The notes under the pieces were generated by a model. It had not been told where the DNA came from and did not search any database. It saw only the letters and a program-made list of their open reading frames with translations. This document shows, one piece after another, positions 35,702 through 44,497 of a DNA stretch of 64,000 nt. How positions within the stretch are numbered: position 1 is the stretch's first letter; the number at the start of each line of letters is the position of its first letter. The stretch comes from a virus (taxonomy: Duplodnaviria > Caudoviricetes). The translations under genes and the position numbers were made by a program. The stretch lies in the IMG/VR virus record IMGVR_UViG_2898571807_000002, positions 1 through 64,000 of that record, one strand, 5' to 3'.

Positions 35702-36661
35702 CTACTCGGCGAGGCGGCCCTGGATCTCGTCCACGACCTGCCGCGCGAGGTCCGCGGGCAGCGCCGTCACAACCGCTGCAGCGATCGCCGCCGGCGCCAG
35801 ACCCGCGAGCACTCCACGCACGATCGCGTCCTCATCCACGTCCGGCACCTGCTTGCCCAGCGCCGCGACCATCAGCGCCACGTTCCGGATCTGCTGGTTG
35901 GTGTCAGTCAGCAGCCACGCCGCGCGCACCTTCGGATTCGTCTTGTCGCCCGTCGGGTTGTCGAGGATCCCATCGGTCTGCCAGACCACCTCAGCGTCGG
36001 TCTTGGTGAGCGCCATGTCTTCCTCCCCGAGGGCCAGCGCCCTCAACTGATCGAGCGTGCCGCGGTAGGCGTTGACGTCGCACTGCCCGGAGATGCCGGA
36101 CACGGTGCCGCTGGATGAGAACTGCAGGATGCTGATCGGCTCACCGCCGAACGTCGACCACCACGTCGAGGGCGCCTTGCCGTACAGCGCCGCTGGTGAG
36201 CCGGAGCCGGTGACGTAGTGGGACTGCCAGATCGTGTCGAAGAAGCTCAGATCGGGGCGTCCGGTCTGTTCCCAGTACCAGCGCGGGTAGTAGCCGATCA
36301 CCGGGTGCCCACCGGTCCTGGCCTTGAACTCCTTCACCCACTCCCGCGCCGTCGCGGCGTCCGCGCCGGACGCTTCCACATCCAACGCGACGGCGAACCT
36401 CGACACATCCCCTGCCTTGGACAAGAAGAACCGGGCCTGCGCCGCGCCGTTCCCGCCGTGCAGGAAGTGGTACGCGCCCGGGAGGAAACCGTCGCCGAGC
36501 GCGAGCATCCCCGCCCGGTTATGGGCCCACGTCGGGTTGGTGTAGTTCGTGGACTGTGTGACCTTGGAGAACGCGAATCGGATCCCGGCGTGGAACACCG
36601 ACGCCCAGTTCGGGTTGCCCTGATACGACGCGACGTCGACACCGTAGATGGGACCGGCCAC
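35702..36661 (-). CDS. GH25 muramidase endolysin
   Basis: YGVDVASYQG, GAYHF, ALDVE, LQFSS, DVN. Confidence 0.92.
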   Translation of the reverse strand: MAGPIYGVDVASYQGNPNWASVFHAGIRFAFSKVTQSTNYTNPTWAHNRAGMLALGDGFLPGAYHFLHGGNGAAQARFFLSKAGDVSRFAVALDVEASGADAATAREWVKEFKARTGGHPVIGYYPRWYWEQTGRPDLSFFDTIWQSHYVTGSGSPAALYGKAPSTWWSTFGGEPISILQFSSSGTVSGISGQCDVNAYRGTLDQLRALALGEEDMALTKTDAEVVWQTDGILDNPTGDKTNPKVRAAWLLTDTNQQIRNVALMVAALGKQVPDVDEDAIVRGVLAGLAPAAIAAAVVTALPADLARQVVDEIQGRLAE

Positions 36662-36687
36662 TGCTGCTCCTCTCGCGACGAGTGGCA

Positions 36688-36933
36688 TCAGACGCAGCCC
36701 AGATCAACACGGAGCTCATGGATCTGCGCTTGGATCACGCGACCCCGCTCCGTCGTCGCCGGCGCCTGCGGCTGATCCAGCGAAGCCAGCAGCGCGCACC
36801 ACCGCTGGTCTGACTGCCGCTGCTCGCGGTTGGTGTAGAACACGCTGCTGCCCGCGATGAACACCGCCACGACCAACACGATCACTAGTGACCACCACGC
36901 CCGGAACGCGCCCGTCTGCGTCAGCACGCTCAT
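36688..36933 (-). CDS. single-TM lysis-region membrane protein
   Basis: TM helix followed by a Cys pair. Confidence 0.6.
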   Translation of the reverse strand: MSVLTQTGAFRAWWSLVIVLVVAVFIAGSSVFYTNREQRQSDQRWCALLASLDQPQAPATTERGRVIQAQIHELRVDLGCV

Positions 36934-36937
36934 CCCT

Positions 36938-37204
36938 TCACGACGCAGTGGACGATGATGAAGGCGGCAGCGGAGAAGGTGGCTGCTCCGGAGGCGGCGG
37001 TGGCAGTGACCCGGTGCCGCCACCGCCATGCCTGGCCAAGAACCACGCGCCGCTGAGTCCGGGGAATGAGATCAGGGCCATGTAGAGCAGCAGCAGCTCC
37101 ACGGACGGCTTGTCCTTCAGCGCCTCCCACACAAACGCGGTGCTGGGCAGCACGATCAACGCCAGGTCTCGCACGACCTTCACCCAGTCCCGGCCACGCC
37201 ACAC
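36938..37204 (-). CDS. two-TM membrane protein (holin-like)
   Basis: Two hydrophobic helices; Pro/Ser tail. Confidence 0.55.
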   Translation of the reverse strand: MWRGRDWVKVVRDLALIVLPSTAFVWEALKDKPSVELLLLYMALISFPGLSGAWFLARHGGGGTGSLPPPPPEQPPSPLPPSSSSTAS

Positions 37205-37291
37205 GCGCTCACCTCGTTCTCTCTCGGATCGGAGCGGCGGCGAACCGCTGGACATCAACATCGGTTAGCGGTGTCCCGTTCAAGACCTCGC

Positions 37292-38203
37292 CTACACCTC
37301 TCCCTGTGTGGCGACGGACAGGCCGGCCTCCTGCAGCACACCGTCGGACAACACCTTGATCCCTGTCGGAGGGCGCTGCCCTGGCGCCGCCGGTACCTCC
37401 AGCGACACCTGTGCAATGCGCACCGCGCCGACCGTCGCCGCTGGTACCTCGAAGGCGACCTGCGAGATCCTGACCAGAGGCGCGTCGCTTGGGTTCGGCA
37501 CCTCGAACGACACCTGCGAGATCCGCACCGCTGGCGGACCGGACGGCGTGTACTTGTAGGTCGCGACCGCCGCCGCGTACGTGCTGGCTGAGGACAGGCC
37601 GAGCGTGCCCTCCTGCGTCCCGGTCGCGGAGACATAGCGGTGAGCGACGAGCAGCGCCCGGTCGCCGCTGCCTGCGGTCGTCTCGACCTTCGGACCGGCG
37701 GCCCATCCGCTCGGGACAGTGACGGTCCGGCCGCTGCCGAAAGCGAAGACGGCGACCACCAGTTCGTTCGCCTGGGTGGTCGCAGCCGTGACGCCCGTCG
37801 ACAGGCTGGCCGAGGAGCCAGGCGCGTTGCTGGCCGTCTTATCCAACGGCGTGGTGTTGACCTCGCTGTGCGCGTCGGCCTGCGCCGCCCACCGGCCGCG
37901 GGCGGCGCCGGAGATCGTGACGGTGATCGTGTCGCCGGTCAGCAGCGCCGTCGTGACCCGCGCACGCAGGCCGCCGACGGCAACCGTCGTGCCCGCAGCG
38001 ACCGACATGTCCGGCGTGGTGCTCCAGGAGTTGCCGCGCGAGTCCGTCACCGACGCGATCGTGGGCACACCGCCCGCCGCCGCGTCCCAGGCGATGCCGA
38101 GCAGGACCGTCGAGCCGACGGGCGCGCCCGCCGACAGCGTGATGGTGATGCTGCTGCTCGTGGTGGACAGCGTCGCAGTGCCGATGGTGCCGAGGTGCGC
38201 CAT
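37292..38203 (-). CDS. minor tail / fibre protein
   Basis: Thr/Ser/Gly-rich beta protein; three VRISQVxFEVP repeats. Confidence 0.65.
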   Translation of the reverse strand: MAHLGTIGTATLSTTSSSITITLSAGAPVGSTVLLGIAWDAAAGGVPTIASVTDSRGNSWSTTPDMSVAAGTTVAVGGLRARVTTALLTGDTITVTISGAARGRWAAQADAHSEVNTTPLDKTASNAPGSSASLSTGVTAATTQANELVVAVFAFGSGRTVTVPSGWAAGPKVETTAGSGDRALLVAHRYVSATGTQEGTLGLSSASTYAAAVATYKYTPSGPPAVRISQVSFEVPNPSDAPLVRISQVAFEVPAATVGAVRIAQVSLEVPAAPGQRPPTGIKVLSDGVLQEAGLSVATQGEV

Positions 38204-38207
38204 CGGA

Positions 38208-39254
38208 TCAGCTCACCGTCGGGGTGAACCGCACCCGCAGGTCGGTGTAATCGACGATCGAATTCGCCTGCGTGCTCGTCAGCGTGTGCGAGAACGCGGT
38301 GAAGGTGCCCGAGAGGGTGTCCGTCCAGGACGCGCGGACGGTGCCGCCCTCGCGAACCTCGACCAGGACCGTGGCGGCAGTGGCACCGGCGACAAACTGC
38401 TGCCGGTAGCGGATCGTGTGGCCGGAGCTCGACAGCGGGTCGACGAGCGCGGAGAACTTCTCCTCGGTGTAGCCGCCGTTCTGGACCTCAACGCACGAGG
38501 TGTCCGCGTTCGCGGCGAGCCGGGTGGCGAGGCTCTCACCCGCACCCAGGGCGGGGATGGCCGTGGCGAGGCTGGAGGAGACATCGGACGCAGGCCGAGC
38601 AGTCTGCGTGCTGCTCGCCGGGGTGATCGCCAGCGTCCACGTCACGGCCTTGACGGAGGCGGCCCCGGCGACGAGGGACTCTCCACCGTAGCTGCCTACT
38701 GTGGGCGCGGGCTTGTCCTGGATCGTGACGGTGACGTGGCCGCTGGTGTTGACGTTGTCGATCACGTCTAGCTGCTTGGTGTACCCGGACGGGGTGTTCC
38801 AGGACTGCACGGCCGAGTCGGACTGGACACCGATGATGACGATCTGCCGGTTGGTGCCGGTCGTGTCGACAGCCGGGGTCGCGTGCGAGGCGGCGCTGAC
38901 GTTCTCGACGCGGACGTCCCAGTCGTCGACCGAGGCGGACGGGTCGCCGCCTGACCAGGAGGCGAAGCCGACACCGCTCTTGCCGAGCGCCGAGGTGGGG
39001 AGCGTGACGGTGGATCCCTGATCCCCTGGCTGTGCGACGCGCAGGTAAAGGGCGGCGTAGAGGTTGCTGACGTCGCGGCCGTCCTTGAGGGTCCAGCCAG
39101 ACGGCGTCGTCCAGTCTTTGGCGGGGTCGCCGCCGTTGTTCAAGCCGCCTGCGATGCACATGAGGTCCCCGGCCTGGATGGATCCGGGGATCGTGATCGT
39201 TGCCGATCCGGAGGTAGGGGTGGTGGACGTGGCCGCCCGGAAAGCGATCGTCAA
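38208..39254 (-). CDS. minor tail / receptor-binding protein
   Basis: MTIAFRAA..., TTPSGW repeats. Confidence 0.65.
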   Translation of the reverse strand: MTIAFRAATSTTPTSGSATITIPGSIQAGDLMCIAGGLNNGGDPAKDWTTPSGWTLKDGRDVSNLYAALYLRVAQPGDQGSTVTLPTSALGKSGVGFASWSGGDPSASVDDWDVRVENVSAASHATPAVDTTGTNRQIVIIGVQSDSAVQSWNTPSGYTKQLDVIDNVNTSGHVTVTIQDKPAPTVGSYGGESLVAGAASVKAVTWTLAITPASSTQTARPASDVSSSLATAIPALGAGESLATRLAANADTSCVEVQNGGYTEEKFSALVDPLSSSGHTIRYRQQFVAGATAATVLVEVREGGTVRASWTDTLSGTFTAFSHTLTSTQANSIVDYTDLRVRFTPTVS

Positions 39255-39295
39255 GGGACAGGCTCCTTTCAGGGCAGGGGCGCATACTGGACGGC

Positions 39296-39550
39296 ATGGA
39301 TGCCACGCCGGGAACCGCTTGGGTCGACACAGGGCTGCCGCACGTTCGGGTCTTCGCGTCCGCCGATTCCGAGTCGGCGCTGACCTGCAACGAGTGCGGG
39401 CGGCCCGTGGGCGGGGAGGCGTTCGTCACGGACCACAACAGCGGCACCGTGACCGCCACACACGAGCGCTGCTTGCCCGAAGAGGAGCACCAGGAGGCGG
39501 TGATGGCGCACCACTTGAGCCGCCTGGAGAAGCGGCTCAGCGACTCATAG
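39296..39550 (+). CDS. small antisense-oriented accessory gene (Zn-ribbon-like)
   Basis: CNECG...HERC; fills the gap between two minus-strand tail genes. Confidence 0.45.
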   Translation: MDATPGTAWVDTGLPHVRVFASADSESALTCNECGRPVGGEAFVTDHNSGTVTATHERCLPEEEHQEAVMAHHLSRLEKRLSDS

Positions 39551-40492
39551 CAGGTAGGCGTTGACGTCGGTGAAGTACGCCTGCGAAATCGTCTTCGCCT
39601 TCGCCTGCATCGACGGGTCGCTCCCCGGCGTAGGGAGCACGCCGCCCGTGGAGTTGGAGAACCAGCAGAAATAGGCCGCCCTGCTGCGCCCGCCGCCCGC
39701 CGACGTCGCCCCTGCGTAATCCGCCTGAGCCTGCATCCAGGCAGTGTCCGCTGTCGTTGCACACCCGACCTCAGCGATCCCCCACGGGATGCCCTTGCTC
39801 GTCGCGAAGTCGACGGCCGGTTTCCACAGCGTGGAGCCGCTGCCGGTGTTGGAGTAGCCGTCCACACCGTAGCAGTCCACATAGCCCGCGCCCGGCCAGA
39901 GGTCGGAGTAGGTACTGCCCGCCTTCGGCTGCTGCCCGGACCACGCCTCCAGGATCTGCGTGGTGTAGACGTGCGCCTTGCCCACCGACTTCACGACCTG
40001 GCAGAAACGCCGGAACGCCGGAAGGTATTGCGCGAGGGTGAACTGGCTCTTACGAATCTTGCCGTCCGGCTCATGCCAGCAGGTCAACCAGCACACGTGT
40101 GTGTCCGGGATCGACTGCACGAACGCGCGGATCGCAGAGTCCAGCGTCCCGGCGGCGAGCTGCCCGAGGTCCGGCTTGCAGCTCCACACGGATGCCCGCT
40201 TGTTGACGTCAATGCCTGCGACGCTCGCAGCAAATGTTGCCGGGAGCGCGGTGTCGTAAGACCGGCGGACGGTGAAAGGCCCGGCAGCCTGGTCGAGAGC
40301 AGGGAAGTCGCTGCCGGACAGGCTCGTCCCGGCCGCGCCAACGAGCATCGCGTTCCGGTTGCCCGTGCCTGGGTCGCCGCCTCCGGGGGTGCCGCCGTTG
40401 CCGCTGCCCGCGGTCGGCGGGATGATCGCTGGGCCACCCGCGAGCGGCAGCAGCCGACCGCCCGACAGCACATACACCTTCGCTGCGGGCAT
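39545..40492 (-). CDS. GH26-like glycoside hydrolase (tail-associated)
   Basis: WHEPD, YGVDGY, WGIAEVG clan GH-A motifs. Confidence 0.7.
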   Translation of the reverse strand: MPAAKVYVLSGGRLLPLAGGPAIIPPTAGSGNGGTPGGGDPGTGNRNAMLVGAAGTSLSGSDFPALDQAAGPFTVRRSYDTALPATFAASVAGIDVNKRASVWSCKPDLGQLAAGTLDSAIRAFVQSIPDTHVCWLTCWHEPDGKIRKSQFTLAQYLPAFRRFCQVVKSVGKAHVYTTQILEAWSGQQPKAGSTYSDLWPGAGYVDCYGVDGYSNTGSGSTLWKPAVDFATSKGIPWGIAEVGCATTADTAWMQAQADYAGATSAGGGRSRAAYFCWFSNSTGGVLPTPGSDPSMQAKAKTISQAYFTDVNAYLL

Positions 40493-40502
40493 CAGGCGCC
40501 CA

Positions 40503-41039
40503 TCACGCGGCCGAGGTGTTGACCCACAGGTCACCCTCCTCCATATACGGGGTGCCTGCTGTCGGCACCGACGGGCCGACCCACTGGAACAGGCGCGAGT
40601 CCCCGGCCGGGCGCTGTGGCCACGACGACGTCGCCGCGTTATAGACGACCATGCCGCCCGAGTTCTGCACCATCGTGGTCAGTGCCGTCACCGTTGTGGT
40701 GAGGTCTGCGACCGCCGACTGCAACTCGACGACATCACCGCCCAGATCCGTCGGGGTCAGCCGGTAGCGGATCCCGCCGCCCGCGTCCGCCCACAGCTCG
40801 CCGATGCCGTCCGGGCCCTGAAACTGCGGGATCGTCCCCTTGGGGAGGGTGCTGCCGTCGCCCGTGACGACCTCGGTGATCGGTGTCCCGGCCGCGTCCA
40901 ACAGGTCGGTGTACTGCGTCCCGCCAGCCGCCGCATTCCAGAGCGTGACGGTCACGCTTCCCGCGAGGACAACCCCGTCCCCCGCATCGACGGAGAACGT
41001 CCAGTCGCTGGGGCTCTGCCCGAACCAGTGCCGCGCCAT
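40503..41039 (-). CDS. minor tail protein
   Basis: WNAAAGGTQYTDL, FQGPDG..ELWADAG. Confidence 0.75.
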   Translation of the reverse strand: MARHWFGQSPSDWTFSVDAGDGVVLAGSVTVTLWNAAAGGTQYTDLLDAAGTPITEVVTGDGSTLPKGTIPQFQGPDGIGELWADAGGGIRYRLTPTDLGGDVVELQSAVADLTTTVTALTTMVQNSGGMVVYNAATSSWPQRPAGDSRLFQWVGPSVPTAGTPYMEEGDLWVNTSAA

Positions 41040-41989
41040 CAGTCGCCTCCGCGCAGATAGGTGAAGGTGAACCGGATGTACTCACCGGTGCCGACGCCCT
41101 GCCACAGGTGCCGCAGATTGACCGTGCCGTTGGTCTCGAAATCCATGCGACCGTTGTTGTCGCCGGTGACGTGGACGAAGCAGTACTTGTGCTGATCGAC
41201 AGGCCGCAGAGAAGTAGGCAACGTCGTGATCACTGTCGAGCCGCCCTCAGGGACCGCACTGCCGGTCCGGCGAAGATTCATGGTGATCTCCACCCAGCCG
41301 TTCAAGCAGCGCCCAGAGTTCGCTCCGTCCGCCGCCCACCCCGACGTCAAGGACAGGGCAACCGTGCCGGAGTTGGAGTACAGGGTGCGGCGGGCAGTGC
41401 CGTCCCACCCGAACCAGCCACGCGCAGTGGCGTCGAAGCCGATCTCGCCGAGCTTCGGGTAGAGCATGTCCGCGGCTTTCAGCCATGCCCGCACCCGGGA
41501 CCCCACCCGATGCCCGTCGGTGTACACGTCCCCGGCGTTGATCGTCGCGGCGCCGCTGCCCACGGTGACCACCGAGCTGGGCATCTGCCACACCCCGGTC
41601 GTGCCCTCGTCGCGGGTCACCGGCGGGACGCCCGCGCCCGGAGACCCCTCGACGATGGCGGCGCGTACCTCCCACGTCGAGCGGTCCAGTTCCAGGACCA
41701 CTCGGTCATAGCGGGTAGCGCCCGACGAGTTCGGGGTGATCGACAGGCTGACGTCGGTTCCGCCGCTGTGGTACGCGAACCCGCGTACGGATGCGTACTT
41801 GTCGGCGCGGACCTTTACTGTCATGCCTGAACTGTCGGCGTAGACGGGGCCGCCAGCGGTGTCGAGGTAGACCCCGTTGGGGTCCATGTACCAGCCGTCC
41901 TCGGTAAAGTGTGCGGCCTCCTGCTCGAACTCGGCCTCAGTGACCGCGCCGCCGTTGTAGGTCGATACGGGCCAGGATGCTTCGGCCAC
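41039..41989 (-). CDS. minor tail / baseplate protein
   Basis: NSSGATRYDRVVLELD; position in the tail operon. Confidence 0.75.
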   Translation of the reverse strand: MAEASWPVSTYNGGAVTEAEFEQEAAHFTEDGWYMDPNGVYLDTAGGPVYADSSGMTVKVRADKYASVRGFAYHSGGTDVSLSITPNSSGATRYDRVVLELDRSTWEVRAAIVEGSPGAGVPPVTRDEGTTGVWQMPSSVVTVGSGAATINAGDVYTDGHRVGSRVRAWLKAADMLYPKLGEIGFDATARGWFGWDGTARRTLYSNSGTVALSLTSGWAADGANSGRCLNGWVEITMNLRRTGSAVPEGGSTVITTLPTSLRPVDQHKYCFVHVTGDNNGRMDFETNGTVNLRHLWQGVGTGEYIRFTFTYLRGGD

Positions 41990-42020
41990 ACGTCCTCCCG
42001 TCGAGGGGCACAATGGTGGA

Positions 42021-42338
42021 ATGGATCTGGTGGAGTTCCTGCGGCAGCGGCTAAGGGAGGACGAGGCGGCAGCCAAGTCGTGGCTGCCGTTCGGCAATCC
42101 GGACACGGCAGCACGCGCCCACCCGGCCCGCCACAACCCCGGGCGGGTGCTGCGCGAGGTCGAGGCAAAGCGACGGTTGATCGAGCGATATGAGCGCGCG
42201 GCGACCATTCCTGCGTCAATCTCCGGCTTCGTGCGCGGCCAGGACGACGGATACCGGCAAGGTTGTCTCGACGCGATCCACGACGCCGCAGCGGTGTACG
42301 CCGAACACCCCGACTATCAGGCGGAGTGGAAGCCCTAG
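42021..42338 (+). CDS. DUF6221-like protein inserted antisense in the tail operon
   Basis: LVEFLRQRLREDE...RVLREVEAKRRLI...YAEHPDYQAEW. Confidence 0.75.
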   Translation: MDLVEFLRQRLREDEAAAKSWLPFGNPDTAARAHPARHNPGRVLREVEAKRRLIERYERAATIPASISGFVRGQDDGYRQGCLDAIHDAAAVYAEHPDYQAEWKP

Positions 42339-42345
42339 CCCGCGC

Positions 42346-43536
42346 TTACCGTGCCGCGAGGCGGCCGAGGCGGCGGCCCAACTCCCTGACGAGCTTGACC
42401 GTCTGCAGGTCAGTCGTCGCCTCCGACGACCCGATCAACGACGTCACGTACTCGCCGCCCTTCGGAGTCGCCTGCAAATGGATGCTGCGTACCAGGTCCG
42501 CGACTTCCAACCCCGTAGGCAGCGCCACCGTCACCCTGTCGCCAAGGTCAAAGTCACGGCCCGCGATCATCCCCGGCTGACCGGGCCGATCCGGGACGTC
42601 GACCGTTACCGTCGCCAACTCGACCGGAGCCGCACCGCCTGCGATCTCCTCGTTCCCGGCCTGGGTCAGTTCCCCGTTGGTGTCGTTGGCGGCCGAACCG
42701 TCCACGAACTTCTCCACCCGGTACCAGTTGCTCGCCGCCGCGGAGTCGGCCACCTCCACGAACGTCCGCGCGCCCGTTGTGTCGTCCTCGGTCCCGGCGA
42801 TGAGCGCGTGTGTCACTGTCGGCGCGGAGATCTTCGCTCGCAGGTAACGGAGGTTGCCGAGGCCGAAGGAGAACCTGGCCGTCGCAGTGAGGTCGGATGG
42901 CCCGTACACCTCGAAGACGATCTGGTCTGCGTCCTCACGGGTGCGGAAGCCGAGCCCGTCGCCGTCGATCGCGACGCGGCGGCACACATCCAGGAGCCCT
43001 TCGAACCGCGTCTGCACGCTCGTCGTCGTCCCAACACTCGCGAGCGCCCCGAGGCCAAAGCTTGGGATCCGCCGGGCCGCCAACGCTGACGGCCCGCACG
43101 ACTCGTCCACCAACGTCCGGATGATGACCTCGGCGTTCGTTGCGGTAATCTGCCGCCACGTCGAGATCGGCTGCAACGTCCACGCCACCGCCGGGTTCGG
43201 CCATGTGAAGTAACCAGCGATACGGCCGAGGTCATCAGTGAAGTTGATCGTCACCTTGCCAGGCTGCGGCTCGGCGCTGCCTTCCCCGCCGCCGTAGCCC
43301 ATTTCGATCTCCCGCGGAACCTCCATCGGGCCCGCGCACCAGACCTGACCGTCACGGATCACCCGCAACCGGTTGCCCTCCACAATCTGCGCGAGCACTT
43401 CCGGCCGCGCGGGGAGCACCACCGTCCCAGATGCAGGCTCGTTGAATTTCCGCGTCACGTCCAGGGACGTCCACCCGTCGATGGGATAGCCCTGAACGTT
43501 GAGGTTCTGGTCCGTGATGAGCACTGTGACTGCCAT
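42346..43536 (-). CDS. siphovirus Gp37-like minor tail (Tal/hub) protein
   Basis: W.SLDVTRKFN; GRDFDLGDRVTV; follows the distal tail gene. Confidence 0.85.
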   Translation of the reverse strand: MAVTVLITDQNLNVQGYPIDGWTSLDVTRKFNEPASGTVVLPARPEVLAQIVEGNRLRVIRDGQVWCAGPMEVPREIEMGYGGGEGSAEPQPGKVTINFTDDLGRIAGYFTWPNPAVAWTLQPISTWRQITATNAEVIIRTLVDESCGPSALAARRIPSFGLGALASVGTTTSVQTRFEGLLDVCRRVAIDGDGLGFRTREDADQIVFEVYGPSDLTATARFSFGLGNLRYLRAKISAPTVTHALIAGTEDDTTGARTFVEVADSAAASNWYRVEKFVDGSAANDTNGELTQAGNEEIAGGAAPVELATVTVDVPDRPGQPGMIAGRDFDLGDRVTVALPTGLEVADLVRSIHLQATPKGGEYVTSLIGSSEATTDLQTVKLVRELGRRLGRLAAR

Positions 43537-44480
43537 CAGGCTGTCTCATACCGGGCGTTGTACGACAGGTCGACACGGCTCCCAGGGCCTGCGCCATCAA
43601 GCTGGAAAGTGATCGCTGACTCACCGGGCGGCAAGGCCCACAGAACCGCGCCCGGCCAGTCCAGCCCTCCGATCCAGTTGGATCCATCCTGGAAGGTCAC
43701 ACGCGGCGGGTTCGTTGTGATCGTGACCTTCTCCCCCGCCAACAGGTCACCGTGGCCGATCGCCGTGGCATCAGGGTTGAAGGCGAACGACTCACCGGTG
43801 TCCTCGTTCGTGAACGTCACCAGCGACGCCGGGCCTGTGACCACCCACGTCGGCCACGCCTCCACGCCGCCAGGATTGGTCAGAGTGGTCGCGCCGAGTA
43901 CCTGCCCCGACGAAACGGTGGGGAATGGGTTCAGAAACGGGACGCCAACGCTGTACGCGCGGTATCCGGTGACCGGAACGGGGTCAATCCAGTACGGGTC
44001 CTCGCAGTACAGCGACAGGATCACCGAGTCAGATGCGACGCCGGTGCCTTGCCTGCCCTGCCCCTCGAACCCATCCTCGTAGTAGCAGGCAATGCGGCGC
44101 CGGGAGCCGTCCGGGCGAGTGATCTCTAGCCAGCCCGCCCCAATCCGAAGTGTCCGCGTAAATGCCTCAGCGAGCGCCCGCCACCTCGCAACGAACTGGA
44201 GATGATCCTTACCGAAGACGTGCATCGGCCAGACGATCGTCTTGTCGTTCGGCCGGGAACTGCGGAGTCGGGAGCCGCCGCGGGGATGGTCGTCCTTCGC
44301 CAACTCGTATGGTGCCGCGCCGAGCCCCGACACCCCCTCCGAAAGGGTAAACCACCCGGAGGTTGGGGAGGTCAACGGCCAGATCGTGCCATTCGCCTCG
44401 ACGAATCGCGCGGTCGCGAATCCGACGCCGGGAATCTGGACGGGCGGCTGGACGGTCCCCGGTTGTGCGAGCAGCGGCAT
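43536..44480 (-). CDS. distal tail protein (Dit)
   Basis: CEDPYW, NPGGVEAWPTW, LPPGES; follows the tape measure gene. Confidence 0.85.
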   Translation of the reverse strand: MPLLAQPGTVQPPVQIPGVGFATARFVEANGTIWPLTSPTSGWFTLSEGVSGLGAAPYELAKDDHPRGGSRLRSSRPNDKTIVWPMHVFGKDHLQFVARWRALAEAFTRTLRIGAGWLEITRPDGSRRRIACYYEDGFEGQGRQGTGVASDSVILSLYCEDPYWIDPVPVTGYRAYSVGVPFLNPFPTVSSGQVLGATTLTNPGGVEAWPTWVVTGPASLVTFTNEDTGESFAFNPDATAIGHGDLLAGEKVTITTNPPRVTFQDGSNWIGGLDWPGAVLWALPPGESAITFQLDGAGPGSRVDLSYNARYETA

Positions 44481-44497
44481 TTACAGGCCCCCGTCCC

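Noticed and set aside
37292-39254. Diversity-generating retroelement targeting the tail fibres
   Set aside because: No reverse transcriptase and no TR/VR pair seen; the repeats are ordinary intragenic protein repeats.
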